Assembly (NCBI GenBank): GCA_963772275.1
Contig: CAVYWQ010000001.1
Location: 673,615-737,614, forward strand
Length of the DNA: 64,000 nucleotides
Direction of reading: 5' to 3'
DNA from: an uncultured Verrucomicrobiae bacterium
GTDB taxonomy: Bacteria; Verrucomicrobiota; Verrucomicrobiia; Chthoniobacterales; UBA10450
The notes under the pieces were generated by a model. The model ran no database searches, was not told where the DNA came from, and saw only the letters and a list, made by a program, of their open reading frames with translations. This document shows, piece after piece, positions 39,822 to 48,221 of this stretch (position 1 is its first letter; every line of letters starts with the position of its first letter). The position numbers and the translations under genes were made by a program.

Positions 39822-40808
39822 ATGAAAATTTCGATTTGCAGTTTGTTTGCTTTCAGCGGCGGGCTCGTCCTGGCCTTGCCTTTGACGATGGTGGCGGCGG
39901 CGCCATCGCCTTCCCCGAGCACATTCCCGACGGCCACTCCGCCGCCGTCCGTTAGTCCGGCCGCTTCGCCCGGCGGCAGCATGTTCGGCAACCTCGACGA
40001 CCGCATGCGGACGCTCGACCAGGAAATGGACAATATTTTCACGAACACCTTTCGGAATTTCGGCCATTGGTTCGATCAATCCGCCTTTTCGTCTTCAGTC
40101 GATCTGCGCGATCAGAAAGATCGATACGTGGTCCGCTTTTACCTTCCAAACGGACAGGACGTTTCCAAGGTCAACGCCAAAATTGAAAACGGCGCGCTCC
40201 ATCTGACGGCGGGCGGCGAAATGAAAACAAAAAATGGCGCCAGCACGGAGCGCTACGAACAAATCATCGGTCTGCCCGGACCGGTGCAGGCGGACAAAAT
40301 GAAGATGGAGCGTAAGAAAAATCTGGTTGTCGTGATATTGCCGAAGCCGGAAGGCAGCAACGTGACTGCCGCGTCTCCTTCACCCGTCACAACTCCCGCC
40401 GGTTCCCTCGGAATGACTGCACCCTGGGATAATTCCATCATCAACCAAATGGCACGGATGCAGGGGCGGATGGATCAACTCATGCAGGAAGCGTTTCCGC
40501 ACGATGTCTGGTCGGCAGCGAGTTCCTCACGGCTCGGATCCGCCGTGAACCTGGACGATCAGCAAAATAAATACATCGTCCATTTCTATCTGCCTGACCG
40601 CAATCTCTCCGACGTCAATGTGAGCCTGAAGAACAGTCAGCTCGACCTGAAGGCGAAAGCGCAGGAGAAAAACAAGACTGCCGGCATCAATGCGCAAAGT
40701 TATGCCCAATACGAACAGATGATCACCATGCCAGGCCCGGTGAAGGAGAAGGGAATGAAGGTGGAACGGAAGGGCGAAACCGTCACCGTCACGGTGCCGA
40801 AAGCCTGA
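39822..40808 (+). CDS. secreted protein with two tandem Hsp20/alpha-crystallin-like domains
   Basis: AGGAGG 6 nt upstream of the ATG. Signal peptide MKISICSLFAFSGGLVLALPLTMVAA. Two repeats of the type DLRDQKDRYVVRFYLPNG...ENGALHL / NLDDQQNKYIVHFYLPDR...KNSQLDL. Confidence 0.75.
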   Translation: MKISICSLFAFSGGLVLALPLTMVAAAPSPSPSTFPTATPPPSVSPAASPGGSMFGNLDDRMRTLDQEMDNIFTNTFRNFGHWFDQSAFSSSVDLRDQKDRYVVRFYLPNGQDVSKVNAKIENGALHLTAGGEMKTKNGASTERYEQIIGLPGPVQADKMKMERKKNLVVVILPKPEGSNVTAASPSPVTTPAGSLGMTAPWDNSIINQMARMQGRMDQLMQEAFPHDVWSAASSSRLGSAVNLDDQQNKYIVHFYLPDRNLSDVNVSLKNSQLDLKAKAQEKNKTAGINAQSYAQYEQMITMPGPVKEKGMKVERKGETVTVTVPKA

Positions 40809-40859
40809 TTTAAAGGATGGAGAGGCTTGGCGCCAAGCGTCTCTCCATCGTACAGGCCT

Positions 40860-41348
40860 CTAGGCCGAATCGGCCAGCGCGGCGATTTTCTCCTGGGTCA
40901 GACGGAAGATGGTCCATTCCTCGTTAGGCCTGGCTCCAAGCTTACGGTAAAATTGAATGGCCGGCTCATTCCAATCGAGCACGGCCCACTCCATCCGTCC
41001 GCAATTGCGCTCTCGCGCCAGTGCGGCCAGATGCACGAGCAGCGCGCGGCCATAACCACGTCCGCGCTTCTCCGGGCGAACGAACAAATCTTCAAGATAA
41101 AGCCCGGGCCGGCCCAGCCATGTGGAAAAATTGTGAAAGAAAACGGCGAATCCCACCGCCGTTTCGGCTTCCAGGGCCAGCAGCACCTCGGCCGACGGGC
41201 GAGAGCCGAAGAGCACTTCGTGCAAGCCTTCCTCCGTGGCCACGACTTCATCCGGCGCGCGTTCGTATTCGGCCAAATCCCGGATCAGCTGCAGAATGAC
41301 GGGCACATCGGCCGGCGTGGCGGAACGAATTTGAAAGCTCGGCTCCAT
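40860..41348 (-). CDS. GNAT family N-acetyltransferase (diamine/SSAT-like)
   Basis: ORF trimmed to MEPSFQIRSATPADVPVILQLIRDLAEYE.... Acetyl-CoA motif RPEKRGRGYGRALL. Confidence 0.85.
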   Translation of the reverse strand: MEPSFQIRSATPADVPVILQLIRDLAEYERAPDEVVATEEGLHEVLFGSRPSAEVLLALEAETAVGFAVFFHNFSTWLGRPGLYLEDLFVRPEKRGRGYGRALLVHLAALARERNCGRMEWAVLDWNEPAIQFYRKLGARPNEEWTIFRLTQEKIAALADSA

Positions 41349-41475
41349 CCCCAAGGTTGCTTCAAGGCGCGACGTTTTCCAAGCCGATCTCTTCTCGCGG
41401 CGGATCATGCTCCTGAAGCCGCGATTCGCGTCTTGACAAAAGCGGTGCCGCAGGTCCATCGAGATTACCGCTGTG

Positions 41476-42012
41476 ATGCGCGTCTTTGTTTTCTTCACTT
41501 TGCTATTTGGCCTCAGCCTTTGCCTGAGCCTGCAGCACGCCGGCGCTCAGCCGTTGTCTTCTTCTCTGGAGGTGGTGAGCTACGAAAAACTGCTCCCGAC
41601 TCTTCCCGAGCCCCCGTCCGGCTGGAGCGCCGAAAAGGCCGAAGGTTCCACCGACGACAGCGGCGGATTCACCCTGACGACTGTGCATCGCGATTACAAA
41701 AAGGGAGAGGGCGACAACGTTCCGCTCACTTCAATCAGCATTCTCGATTCGTCGGCCAATCCTGACTATGTTGCCTCGACCACGGCCGCATGGACGGCGA
41801 GCAGTTCGACCCCGGAAGGTTACGCCAAGCCGGTCACGATCGACGGATTCCCGGGATTCGAGACCTACGAGAACGAGGGCAAGCATGGGACGCTTTGGCT
41901 GATGGTGGCCAAGCGCTACTTCGTTCAAATCGAAACCCAGGGCCTCGAAGCGAAAGAGCTGCAGGAATGGGCGAAGCGTATCGACCTGAAGAAACTGGCC
42001 GCCATCAAGTAG
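41476..42012 (+). CDS. secreted hypothetical protein
   Basis: About 178 aa with signal peptide MRVFVFFTLLFGLSLCLSLQHAGA. No family recognised. Confidence 0.6.
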   Translation: MRVFVFFTLLFGLSLCLSLQHAGAQPLSSSLEVVSYEKLLPTLPEPPSGWSAEKAEGSTDDSGGFTLTTVHRDYKKGEGDNVPLTSISILDSSANPDYVASTTAAWTASSSTPEGYAKPVTIDGFPGFETYENEGKHGTLWLMVAKRYFVQIETQGLEAKELQEWAKRIDLKKLAAIK

Positions 42013-42037
42013 TGGCCTAACGAATCAAAGACGTCGG

Positions 42038-43108
42038 TCAGGCCAGACAATCGTCCAGGCAGGCGAGCAGGTGAGAAATGGTCTCTTCCGTTTCGTCGCC
42101 CATGTTGGAGAGGCGGAAGGTTTGGCCTTTGATCTTACCGTAGCCGCCATCGATGACGAGGTGATGTTTCTCGCGCAGATTACGCACGAGCTTTGCCACC
42201 TCGATGCCGCGGTTGTTTTTTACGCACGTCAGCGTAACCGCGCGAAAACCCTCGTCGGCGAAAAACTCGAATCCCCGCGCGCGCACCCACTCGTGCACCA
42301 TGCGGTTGGTGCGGGCATGGCGGGCGTGGCGGTTGGCCAGGCCCTCGGTGAAAATCTCTTCCAACTTTGATTGCAGGGCGTGGATATGCGCGACGCTCGG
42401 CGTTGTTGGCGTCATGTCGCCGGCCTGCTGTTTCTTGAACTCCAGAAAATCGAAATAATAGCCCCGATCTTTTTGTTCCGCCGCGCGGGCAAATCCCTTT
42501 TCGGAAACCGAGAAGAGCGAAAAACCGGGAGGTAGAGCGAGCGCCTTTTGCGATCCGGTCAGCATCACGTCGATACCGAGCTCATCCATTCCGATGGCGA
42601 CGGCCGAGAACGAGGAAACGGTGTCGACGATGAGGGCCACATCGGGAAATCGGCTGACCATCGCACAGAGATTGGCCAGGGGGTTCATGAGACCGGTAGA
42701 AGTCTCGCTGTGAATCAGCGTGACAGCGTCGAACTGCCCGGTGGCGAGCTTTTCCTCGAGCGCGGCGGCTTCGATGGGGCGGCCCCATTCTACCTGCAGC
42801 GGCTCAGCTTCTTTTCCGCACCGTCGCGCGACGTCCAGCCACTTGTCGGAAAAAGCGCCGCACATGCAGCAAAGAACGCGTCGCCTGACGAGGTTGCGGA
42901 TAGCCGCCTCCATCACACCCCAGGCCGACGAAGTGGAAAGGAAAACCGGTTGCTTCGTGCCGAAGAGTTCCTGCAGCGGCGGATGAATCGAGCGATAAAG
43001 TTCCTTAAAAGCTTCACTGCGATGCCCGATCATTGGTCGAGAAAAGGCAGCCCACGTTTTGGATGAAACCTCGACCGGACCGGGGATGAAGAGTTTATCG
43101 TGCGGCAT
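42038..43108 (-). CDS. class V aminotransferase (serine-pyruvate / alanine-glyoxylate type)
   Basis: 356 aa. PLP-lysine context TGSQKALALPPG. N-terminus LFIPGPVEV is typical of AGXT-type enzymes. Confidence 0.88.
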   Translation of the reverse strand: MPHDKLFIPGPVEVSSKTWAAFSRPMIGHRSEAFKELYRSIHPPLQELFGTKQPVFLSTSSAWGVMEAAIRNLVRRRVLCCMCGAFSDKWLDVARRCGKEAEPLQVEWGRPIEAAALEEKLATGQFDAVTLIHSETSTGLMNPLANLCAMVSRFPDVALIVDTVSSFSAVAIGMDELGIDVMLTGSQKALALPPGFSLFSVSEKGFARAAEQKDRGYYFDFLEFKKQQAGDMTPTTPSVAHIHALQSKLEEIFTEGLANRHARHARTNRMVHEWVRARGFEFFADEGFRAVTLTCVKNNRGIEVAKLVRNLREKHHLVIDGGYGKIKGQTFRLSNMGDETEETISHLLACLDDCLA

Positions 43109-43151
43109 TCTCCCTAACTAAGCCGCGACGAGGCCGAATTCTAGAACGAGA

Positions 43152-43673
43152 TTATTTCTGGTCGGCCGGGATGAAACTGACGTCGCCGCTGCGCTCGAGC
43201 CGTGCCTCGCGCACCTGCCCGAGATCGCTCTTTCCGATGCTCAGGCGCATGTCCTCCTCCAGATCGTGCTCGGAAACACAATGCCGGCGCATGGCTTCGC
43301 GCCGGAGATGACCATTTGCGATGAGGACAGCCGGCCAGCCTTTGATGGTGCGGCCAAACCAATGCCAGCGGCAGCCAAGCCAGGCGAAGATTCGATGGAT
43401 GAAAACGAGCGCGTAGCCGGCCAGGATGGTCGGAAAAAATGGAGCGCTCCCGTTGATGGCGCGGGAAAGAATGGCGCCCAGGATCACGATGAGCACGACA
43501 TCGAATGCCGTTTTGCGCGAAAGCGAGCGCTTGTGCCCGAGGCGGACCATGATGAGCGCGTTTACGAAAATAACGATTGCGCGGCAGAGGGTTTGCAAAA
43601 CCGACAGATCCTTCGGCGAAACATTGAGCCCGAGGACGTTGACCACGACATGCCAGAACGAATCCATCTTCAT
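43152..43673 (-). CDS. DUF421 (YetF-like) membrane protein
   Basis: 173 aa with N-terminal TM helices and a conserved C-terminal soluble domain (IANGHLRREAMRRHCVSEHDLEEDMR). Confidence 0.75.
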   Translation of the reverse strand: MKMDSFWHVVVNVLGLNVSPKDLSVLQTLCRAIVIFVNALIMVRLGHKRSLSRKTAFDVVLIVILGAILSRAINGSAPFFPTILAGYALVFIHRIFAWLGCRWHWFGRTIKGWPAVLIANGHLRREAMRRHCVSEHDLEEDMRLSIGKSDLGQVREARLERSGDVSFIPADQK

Positions 43674-43785
43674 TAGAATTCGCGTAAACGCGCGATGGCG
43701 CGCGCGTTTTTCCGTGCACCCGGGTGACCGGCCAATCCAAAAGCGGAACGAGATTCGTTAAGCTAACAAAAGGAAGGGAGAATCT

Positions 43786-44046
43786 ATGGCACGAGGGGAC
43801 AAATCGAAATACACGAAGAAACAGAAGCGCAAAGCCGATCACATTGAGGAAGGGTACGAGAAGCGGGGCGTCTCGAAGAAGGAGGCGGAACGGCGCGCCT
43901 GGGCGACCGTCAATAAATCGAGCGGCGGCGGAAAGAAAAAGGGCGGCTCCGGTCGCGGGAAAAAAGAGAACAAGGCGTCGGCGCGCAAGGGGGGAAGGAT
44001 CGGCGGCAAGCACTCGCACGGCGGCGGCCGCAAGAAGAAGCGCTGA
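43786..44046 (+). CDS. small highly basic protein with a KGG-like Gly/Lys-rich tail
   Basis: 86 aa, with GGAAGGGAG 6 nt upstream of the ATG. Sequence begins MARGDKSKYTKKQKRKADHIEEGYEKRGVSKKEAERRAWATVNK. Confidence 0.6.
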   Translation: MARGDKSKYTKKQKRKADHIEEGYEKRGVSKKEAERRAWATVNKSSGGGKKKGGSGRGKKENKASARKGGRIGGKHSHGGGRKKKR

Positions 44047-44101
44047 GTTACGCGGCACCAGCCGGAACAGACGTTTCCGCAGAGAATCGAGCCCGGCCGC
44101 C

Positions 44102-44701
44102 CTAACGACGCCGTTTCCTGTGAGGTGTCGGCGTTGGTTTGGGTCCGAAGACTTTTTTTAAGGTGTTCCCGATTTTGTCCAGGGCTGTCGGGGGCGGAGT
44201 CGGCTTTCGCCGGGAAGACGAACGCGATCGTGTGCGCATCTGAAACGCGACCTTGGCGGTGCCGTTGCTTGTGATCGTCACGTTTTCTGTGCGCGCCGGA
44301 TAATCGGGATGGCGCGCGGTCAACGTCTGGCGGCCCGGCGGCAGGTCCGTCATGAGCGGGGTTCGGCCTAACGAACGATCGCCCAAAAAGATTTCCGCCC
44401 CCTCCGGGGCGCTGGTCACGGAGATGGTGCCGTGATCGAAACTGCACTCGACCGGTTGGGCTTGGCCGCCTTCGACGGAAACTTCCTTCCACTCGTCGGG
44501 CCAGCCCTGGTTATGAAAGACCACTGCATATTGACCCGGGGGGAGGTCGGTAACCGATTGCGGCGTGATCCCGGTCTGCAAAGGCGGCGTGCCCGGAATG
44601 ATACCGTCCGGAGAGGCGGCCGAATAGATGTCGAAGGTGGCGCCGGGCGGCATGGCGTTGAGTTCGAGGGTTCCCGTCGTGACTACGGGCGGCCTGGCCA
44701 C
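44102..44701 (-). CDS. PEGA-domain segment (two PEGA-like repeats), probably the displaced C-terminus of the upstream kinase
   Basis: In the frame of ORF 44102..45247, only the last ~200 codons look genuine (GTLELNAMPPGATFDIY..., GTISVTSAPEGAEIFLGDRSLGRTPL...). There is no ATG or signal peptide. The nearest possible start is the GTG at 44701. The frame is +1 relative to the kinase. Confidence 0.6.
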   Translation of the reverse strand: MARPPVVTTGTLELNAMPPGATFDIYSAASPDGIIPGTPPLQTGITPQSVTDLPPGQYAVVFHNQGWPDEWKEVSVEGGQAQPVECSFDHGTISVTSAPEGAEIFLGDRSLGRTPLMTDLPPGRQTLTARHPDYPARTENVTITSNGTAKVAFQMRTRSRSSSRRKPTPPPTALDKIGNTLKKVFGPKPTPTPHRKRRR

Positions 44702-44738
44702 GGGCAGAGGCGGTGATGTCTGCCTAACGGCATTGACG

Positions 44739-45938
44739 CTAACGAAAGGTTGAGGCGGTATCTTCGACGCGGTTTTTGCTCTTTGCTTTAGCGGGGACCT
44801 CGATCGCGTAACCCGCCGGAGCGGCTTTGGTGCCGGGAGTCGGTGGCATGGCAGCGGGATCACCCGGCGTGCGCAGCGTAAAGAAAAAGAGCGCGAGCAG
44901 AAGGATGAGGATCGCGCTTCCGACGGTTGTGACATTGAGTTCGATGGAGGGCATGCGCGGTTCCTCTTCCTCCGGTGTGGAAACGAGAATCGGCCCTCCA
45001 AGGCGCAGACGTCGCGCGACTTCCGCGGCTGTCTTTGGGCGATGCTCGGGTTTTTTGGCCAGGCAAGCTGCGATTGTTTCCTCCCAGTACTTCGGAATGG
45101 TTTCGCCGGCGATTTCAAACTTTTCGCGGCGCTGCGCGATGAGCGGCGGCACAACCTCACGGACCTGCAGCCCGACATCGCCGCCATAAAAGGGAGGTTT
45201 GCTCGAAAGCAATTCGTACAAGGCGGCTCCGAGCGCATAAATATCATCGGAGGACGATGGATCTTCGCCGAGCATCTGCTGCGGGCTCATGTAGTGCAGT
45301 GTCCCGCTGGAGGAACGCCCACTGACGCGGCTCATCGAATCGCGAATGCTACAGGCGATACCGAAATCGGCGATCTTGAGTTCGGAACGACTATTGACCA
45401 TGAGGTTGGCCGGCTTGAGGTCCCGATGAATGACGCGGGCGCTATCGTGGGCGTAAGCGAGCGCGTCGCATAAGGGTCCGATCCAAGGCGCCAATTCGCC
45501 TACTTCAAAACACTTGGACGGTTTTTGCACACGCAGCCGCGAAAGCGTGGCGCCGTCGACATATTCCATCGAGATGGCGGCCGAATGTTCGTCTTCAACG
45601 AAATCAAAAATGCGAACAATATTTGGATGCGTGAGCATGAGGCTCTTGCGCGTCTCACGTTTCAGATCCTCGTGCGCAGAGGCGTCGAACGAAACCGTAT
45701 CCGGCACGAGCTTAAGGGCGACGAGCCGCTCGAGGCGATCGTCGTGGGCGAGCCAGACAATACCCATGCCCCCGCGGCCGAGCACCTTCTGCAAAGTAAA
45801 TCGCTTGAAAAGCTGGCTGCCTCCGACTACGCCGCGCACGGTCATTCCGAACTCCGCTTCTTCTTCTCCTTCTGGCCCGGTAATCATTCGCATAACGAAA
45901 AAAGCACGGCCTATGCCCATATCGTTAGTGGCATGCAT
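44739..45938 (-). CDS. Hanks-type Ser/Thr protein kinase with a C-terminal TM helix
   Basis: Motifs GRGGMGIVWLA, HRDLKPANLMV, DFG and SGTLHYMSPQQ, followed by TM VGSAILILLLALFFF. The stop TAG lies in a CTAACGA near-copy. The extracytoplasmic part appears truncated. Confidence 0.88.
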   Translation of the reverse strand: MHATNDMGIGRAFFVMRMITGPEGEEEAEFGMTVRGVVGGSQLFKRFTLQKVLGRGGMGIVWLAHDDRLERLVALKLVPDTVSFDASAHEDLKRETRKSLMLTHPNIVRIFDFVEDEHSAAISMEYVDGATLSRLRVQKPSKCFEVGELAPWIGPLCDALAYAHDSARVIHRDLKPANLMVNSRSELKIADFGIACSIRDSMSRVSGRSSSGTLHYMSPQQMLGEDPSSSDDIYALGAALYELLSSKPPFYGGDVGLQVREVVPPLIAQRREKFEIAGETIPKYWEETIAACLAKKPEHRPKTAAEVARRLRLGGPILVSTPEEEEPRMPSIELNVTTVGSAILILLLALFFFTLRTPGDPAAMPPTPGTKAAPAGYAIEVPAKAKSKNRVEDTASTFR

Positions 45939-45956
45939 TCCGCTTAAGTCGTAAGA

Positions 45957-46841
45957 ATGGGAAAGACGGCACTAGCCGGATGGCTGGATCTTGGGGATCG
46001 GCGTTGCCCGCTCGTTGGCCGCACCTTTTCGCTCGGTCGAGCGAAAGACAACAACGTCGTCTTCACTTCACCGAAAGTATCCCGGCGGCATGCCCTGGTC
46101 CACGCCCAGGGCGGAGCCGAATTTTCTCTGGTCGACCTTGGCAGCCGCAATGGAACCCATTTGAATGGGCGTCGCGTCATTCAGCCTGTGGCACTGCAAT
46201 CGGGCGACGTCATCCAGATTGGCGAACAAAATCTCGTCTTCCGCCTGGACCTGGCGCCGACGGAAGAAGAAGAAGGCTACTACACCGAGAGCCGGAATAC
46301 CGAGCCGGACGTGAGCGAGCTGACCTGCTGGTTCCTGGTGCTCGACATCGAAAATTTTGTCCAGCTAACGAGCGAACAACCAGCCGAAGATCTGGCGCGA
46401 ATGGTCGGGACATGGCTGGCGGAATGCCGACGCATTGTCGAAGGTCACAGCGGAACGGTCAGCAAGTTCCTGGGAGACGGCATCCTCGCTTATTGGAACG
46501 CGCGATTTTCGACCCCAGACAATGTGGCCGAGGCAATCAATTTCCTGCGTTCCCTGCAGGTTCGACGTGAGCCGGCCTTTCGTTGGGCCCTGCACTTCGG
46601 GAAGGCCATCTTCGGATCAGCGGCTGCGCCCGGAGAATTGAGCGCCCTCGGACAGGACCTGAATTTTCTTTTCCGAATCGAGCGAATCGCCGCGGTCAAT
46701 CATTTCTCCTCCGTCGTTAGCGCGGCAGCTTACTCCCAGATCGGCGCGCTTGTCGGGGCGGAACCCCTTGGCTCGTTCCCGCTCAAAGGGCTGGAAGGTC
46801 AGCATGCGCTCTTTGGCTGTTCGTCCGTAACCCGGCCGTAA
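45957..46841 (+). CDS. FHA domain + class III adenylate/guanylate cyclase-like domain protein
   Basis: FHA: FSLGRAKDNNVVFTSPKVSRRHALV...LVDLGSRNGTHLNG. Cyclase-homology region: FLVLDIENF...KFLGDGILAYW...ALHFGKAIFG. Confidence 0.8.
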   Translation: MGKTALAGWLDLGDRRCPLVGRTFSLGRAKDNNVVFTSPKVSRRHALVHAQGGAEFSLVDLGSRNGTHLNGRRVIQPVALQSGDVIQIGEQNLVFRLDLAPTEEEEGYYTESRNTEPDVSELTCWFLVLDIENFVQLTSEQPAEDLARMVGTWLAECRRIVEGHSGTVSKFLGDGILAYWNARFSTPDNVAEAINFLRSLQVRREPAFRWALHFGKAIFGSAAAPGELSALGQDLNFLFRIERIAAVNHFSSVVSAAAYSQIGALVGAEPLGSFPLKGLEGQHALFGCSSVTRP

Positions 46842-46847
46842 AGCAAA

Positions 46848-46935
46848 CGGTGAGGGAGGGATTCGAACCCTCGGTACCCTTTTGGGGTACGGCGCTTTAG
46901 CAAAGCGCTGCTTTCGACCACTCAGCCACCTCACC
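46848..46935 (-). tRNA. tRNA-Ser (anticodon GCU)
   Basis: 88 nt. Acceptor GGTGAGG/CCTCACC, anticodon arm GCGCT-TTGCTAA-AGCGC, long variable arm, T-loop GAGGGTTCGAATCCCTC. CCA is not encoded. Confidence 0.93.
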
Positions 46936-46994
46936 AAATTTTCGACGCCCTGAAGTATGGAGGAGAATTCCAAATTGCCAACCCCGGGCTGCGG

Positions 46995-47030
46995 CCAATT
47001 GCCGATTGCCAATTGCCGATTGCCAATTGA
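46995..47030. repeat. tandem 14-nt repeat CCAATTGCCGATTG (about 2.6 copies)
   Basis: Sequence CCAATTGCCGATTGCCAATTGCCGATTGCCAATTGA, with a degenerate half-copy CCAAATTGCCA at 46971. Lies between tRNA-Ser and moeA. Confidence 0.85.
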
Positions 47031-47039
47031 TTAGAAGGC

Positions 47040-48221
47040 GTGATCGCGGAGGAAGAGGCGCAGGCGAGGATCCTGGAGCGAGTGGCGGCAGGCCCGAAGA
47101 GAACGGCTCCCCTGGCAGAGGCGCGCGAATGCTTTGTCGCGGGCGACATTTTCGCGCGTCTGCCCCTGCCGCCTTTCGATAATTCGGCCATGGACGGTTA
47201 CGCCATCGTTTCGAGCGATGGCAGGAAGGGAAAACGACTGAAAATCGTGGGTGAGCAGCCGGCCGGGATCGATCGCGGGCTGGAGGCGCACGCGGGAGAA
47301 GCAATCCGCATTTTCACCGGGGCGCCCCTGCCGCGCGGGGCAGATGCGGTGGTCATGCAGGAGGATGTGACGCGCGAGGAAGCTGAGATTGTGCTGCAGA
47401 CAGACGCCACCCCTAACGAGTTTGTGCGGCGGCGCGGCTCCGATTTGAGCGAAGGTCAGAAGATTCTGGCGGCGGGCGATCGGCTGCGACCGGAGCAGCT
47501 GGCGCTGCTGGCCGCGCAAGGATTTGAAGAAGTGGAGGTGGGGACGAAGATTCGGGCGGCGGTTGTCTCTACGGGCGACGAGCTGGCGCGGGCGGGCGAA
47601 AGGTTGCGCCCGGGCCAGCTTTTCGAGAGCAACGCCACGTTGTTGCGCGGGCTTCTCGAAGAGCTCGGCGTTGGCGTTGAATCGGTGCAGCACGCCAGTG
47701 ATGAGCGCGAAGATTTGCGCCGAATTTTGGAGGCCGGAACGAAGTGCGATGCGCTCGTCATTAGCGGCGGAGTTTCCGTCGGAGAGCGCGACCTGGTGCG
47801 GCCCGTTCTGCGGGAACTTGGTGCGGAAATTGATCTGTGGCGGGTTGCGATCAAGCCGGGCAAGCCGTTCCTTTTCGGGCGCATCGGGAGCTGCGCTGTC
47901 TTTGGTTTACCGGGCAATCCCGTTTCAGCTTTCGTCACATTTCTCATTTTGGTCCGGCCCGCTTTGTTGAAAATGATGGGGGCCGGCAGCAGTACCGCCA
48001 TCCTGCCGAGCGTGCTCGCGAAACTGGCCGCCGCGGCGGACAACCGGGGTGAACGCGTGCATTATCTGCGGGGCGAACTGCGAGACGGAATCTTCCAGCC
48101 GATCGGCCGGCAGGAATCGCATGCCCTTTACAGCCTGAGCCGCTGCAATGCGTTGCTGCGGGTCGCGCCCGGCCAGAAATTTTCCGCCGGAGCGGAGGTC
48201 AGAACGTTGCGGTGGGCCTAA
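47040..48221 (+). CDS. moeA: molybdopterin molybdenumtransferase MoeA
   Basis: 393 aa with a GTG start. MoeA motifs PPFDNSAMDGYA and ISGGVSVGERD. Confidence 0.9.
   Translation: MIAEEEAQARILERVAAGPKRTAPLAEARECFVAGDIFARLPLPPFDNSAMDGYAIVSSDGRKGKRLKIVGEQPAGIDRGLEAHAGEAIRIFTGAPLPRGADAVVMQEDVTREEAEIVLQTDATPNEFVRRRGSDLSEGQKILAAGDRLRPEQLALLAAQGFEEVEVGTKIRAAVVSTGDELARAGERLRPGQLFESNATLLRGLLEELGVGVESVQHASDEREDLRRILEAGTKCDALVISGGVSVGERDLVRPVLRELGAEIDLWRVAIKPGKPFLFGRIGSCAVFGLPGNPVSAFVTFLILVRPALLKMMGAGSSTAILPSVLAKLAAAADNRGERVHYLRGELRDGIFQPIGRQESHALYSLSRCNALLRVAPGQKFSAGAEVRTLRWA

Noticed and set aside
46936-47039. Moco riboswitch upstream of moeA
   Set aside because: The short leader is occupied by the 14-nt tandem simple repeat, and I could not recognise the conserved Moco-motif helices.
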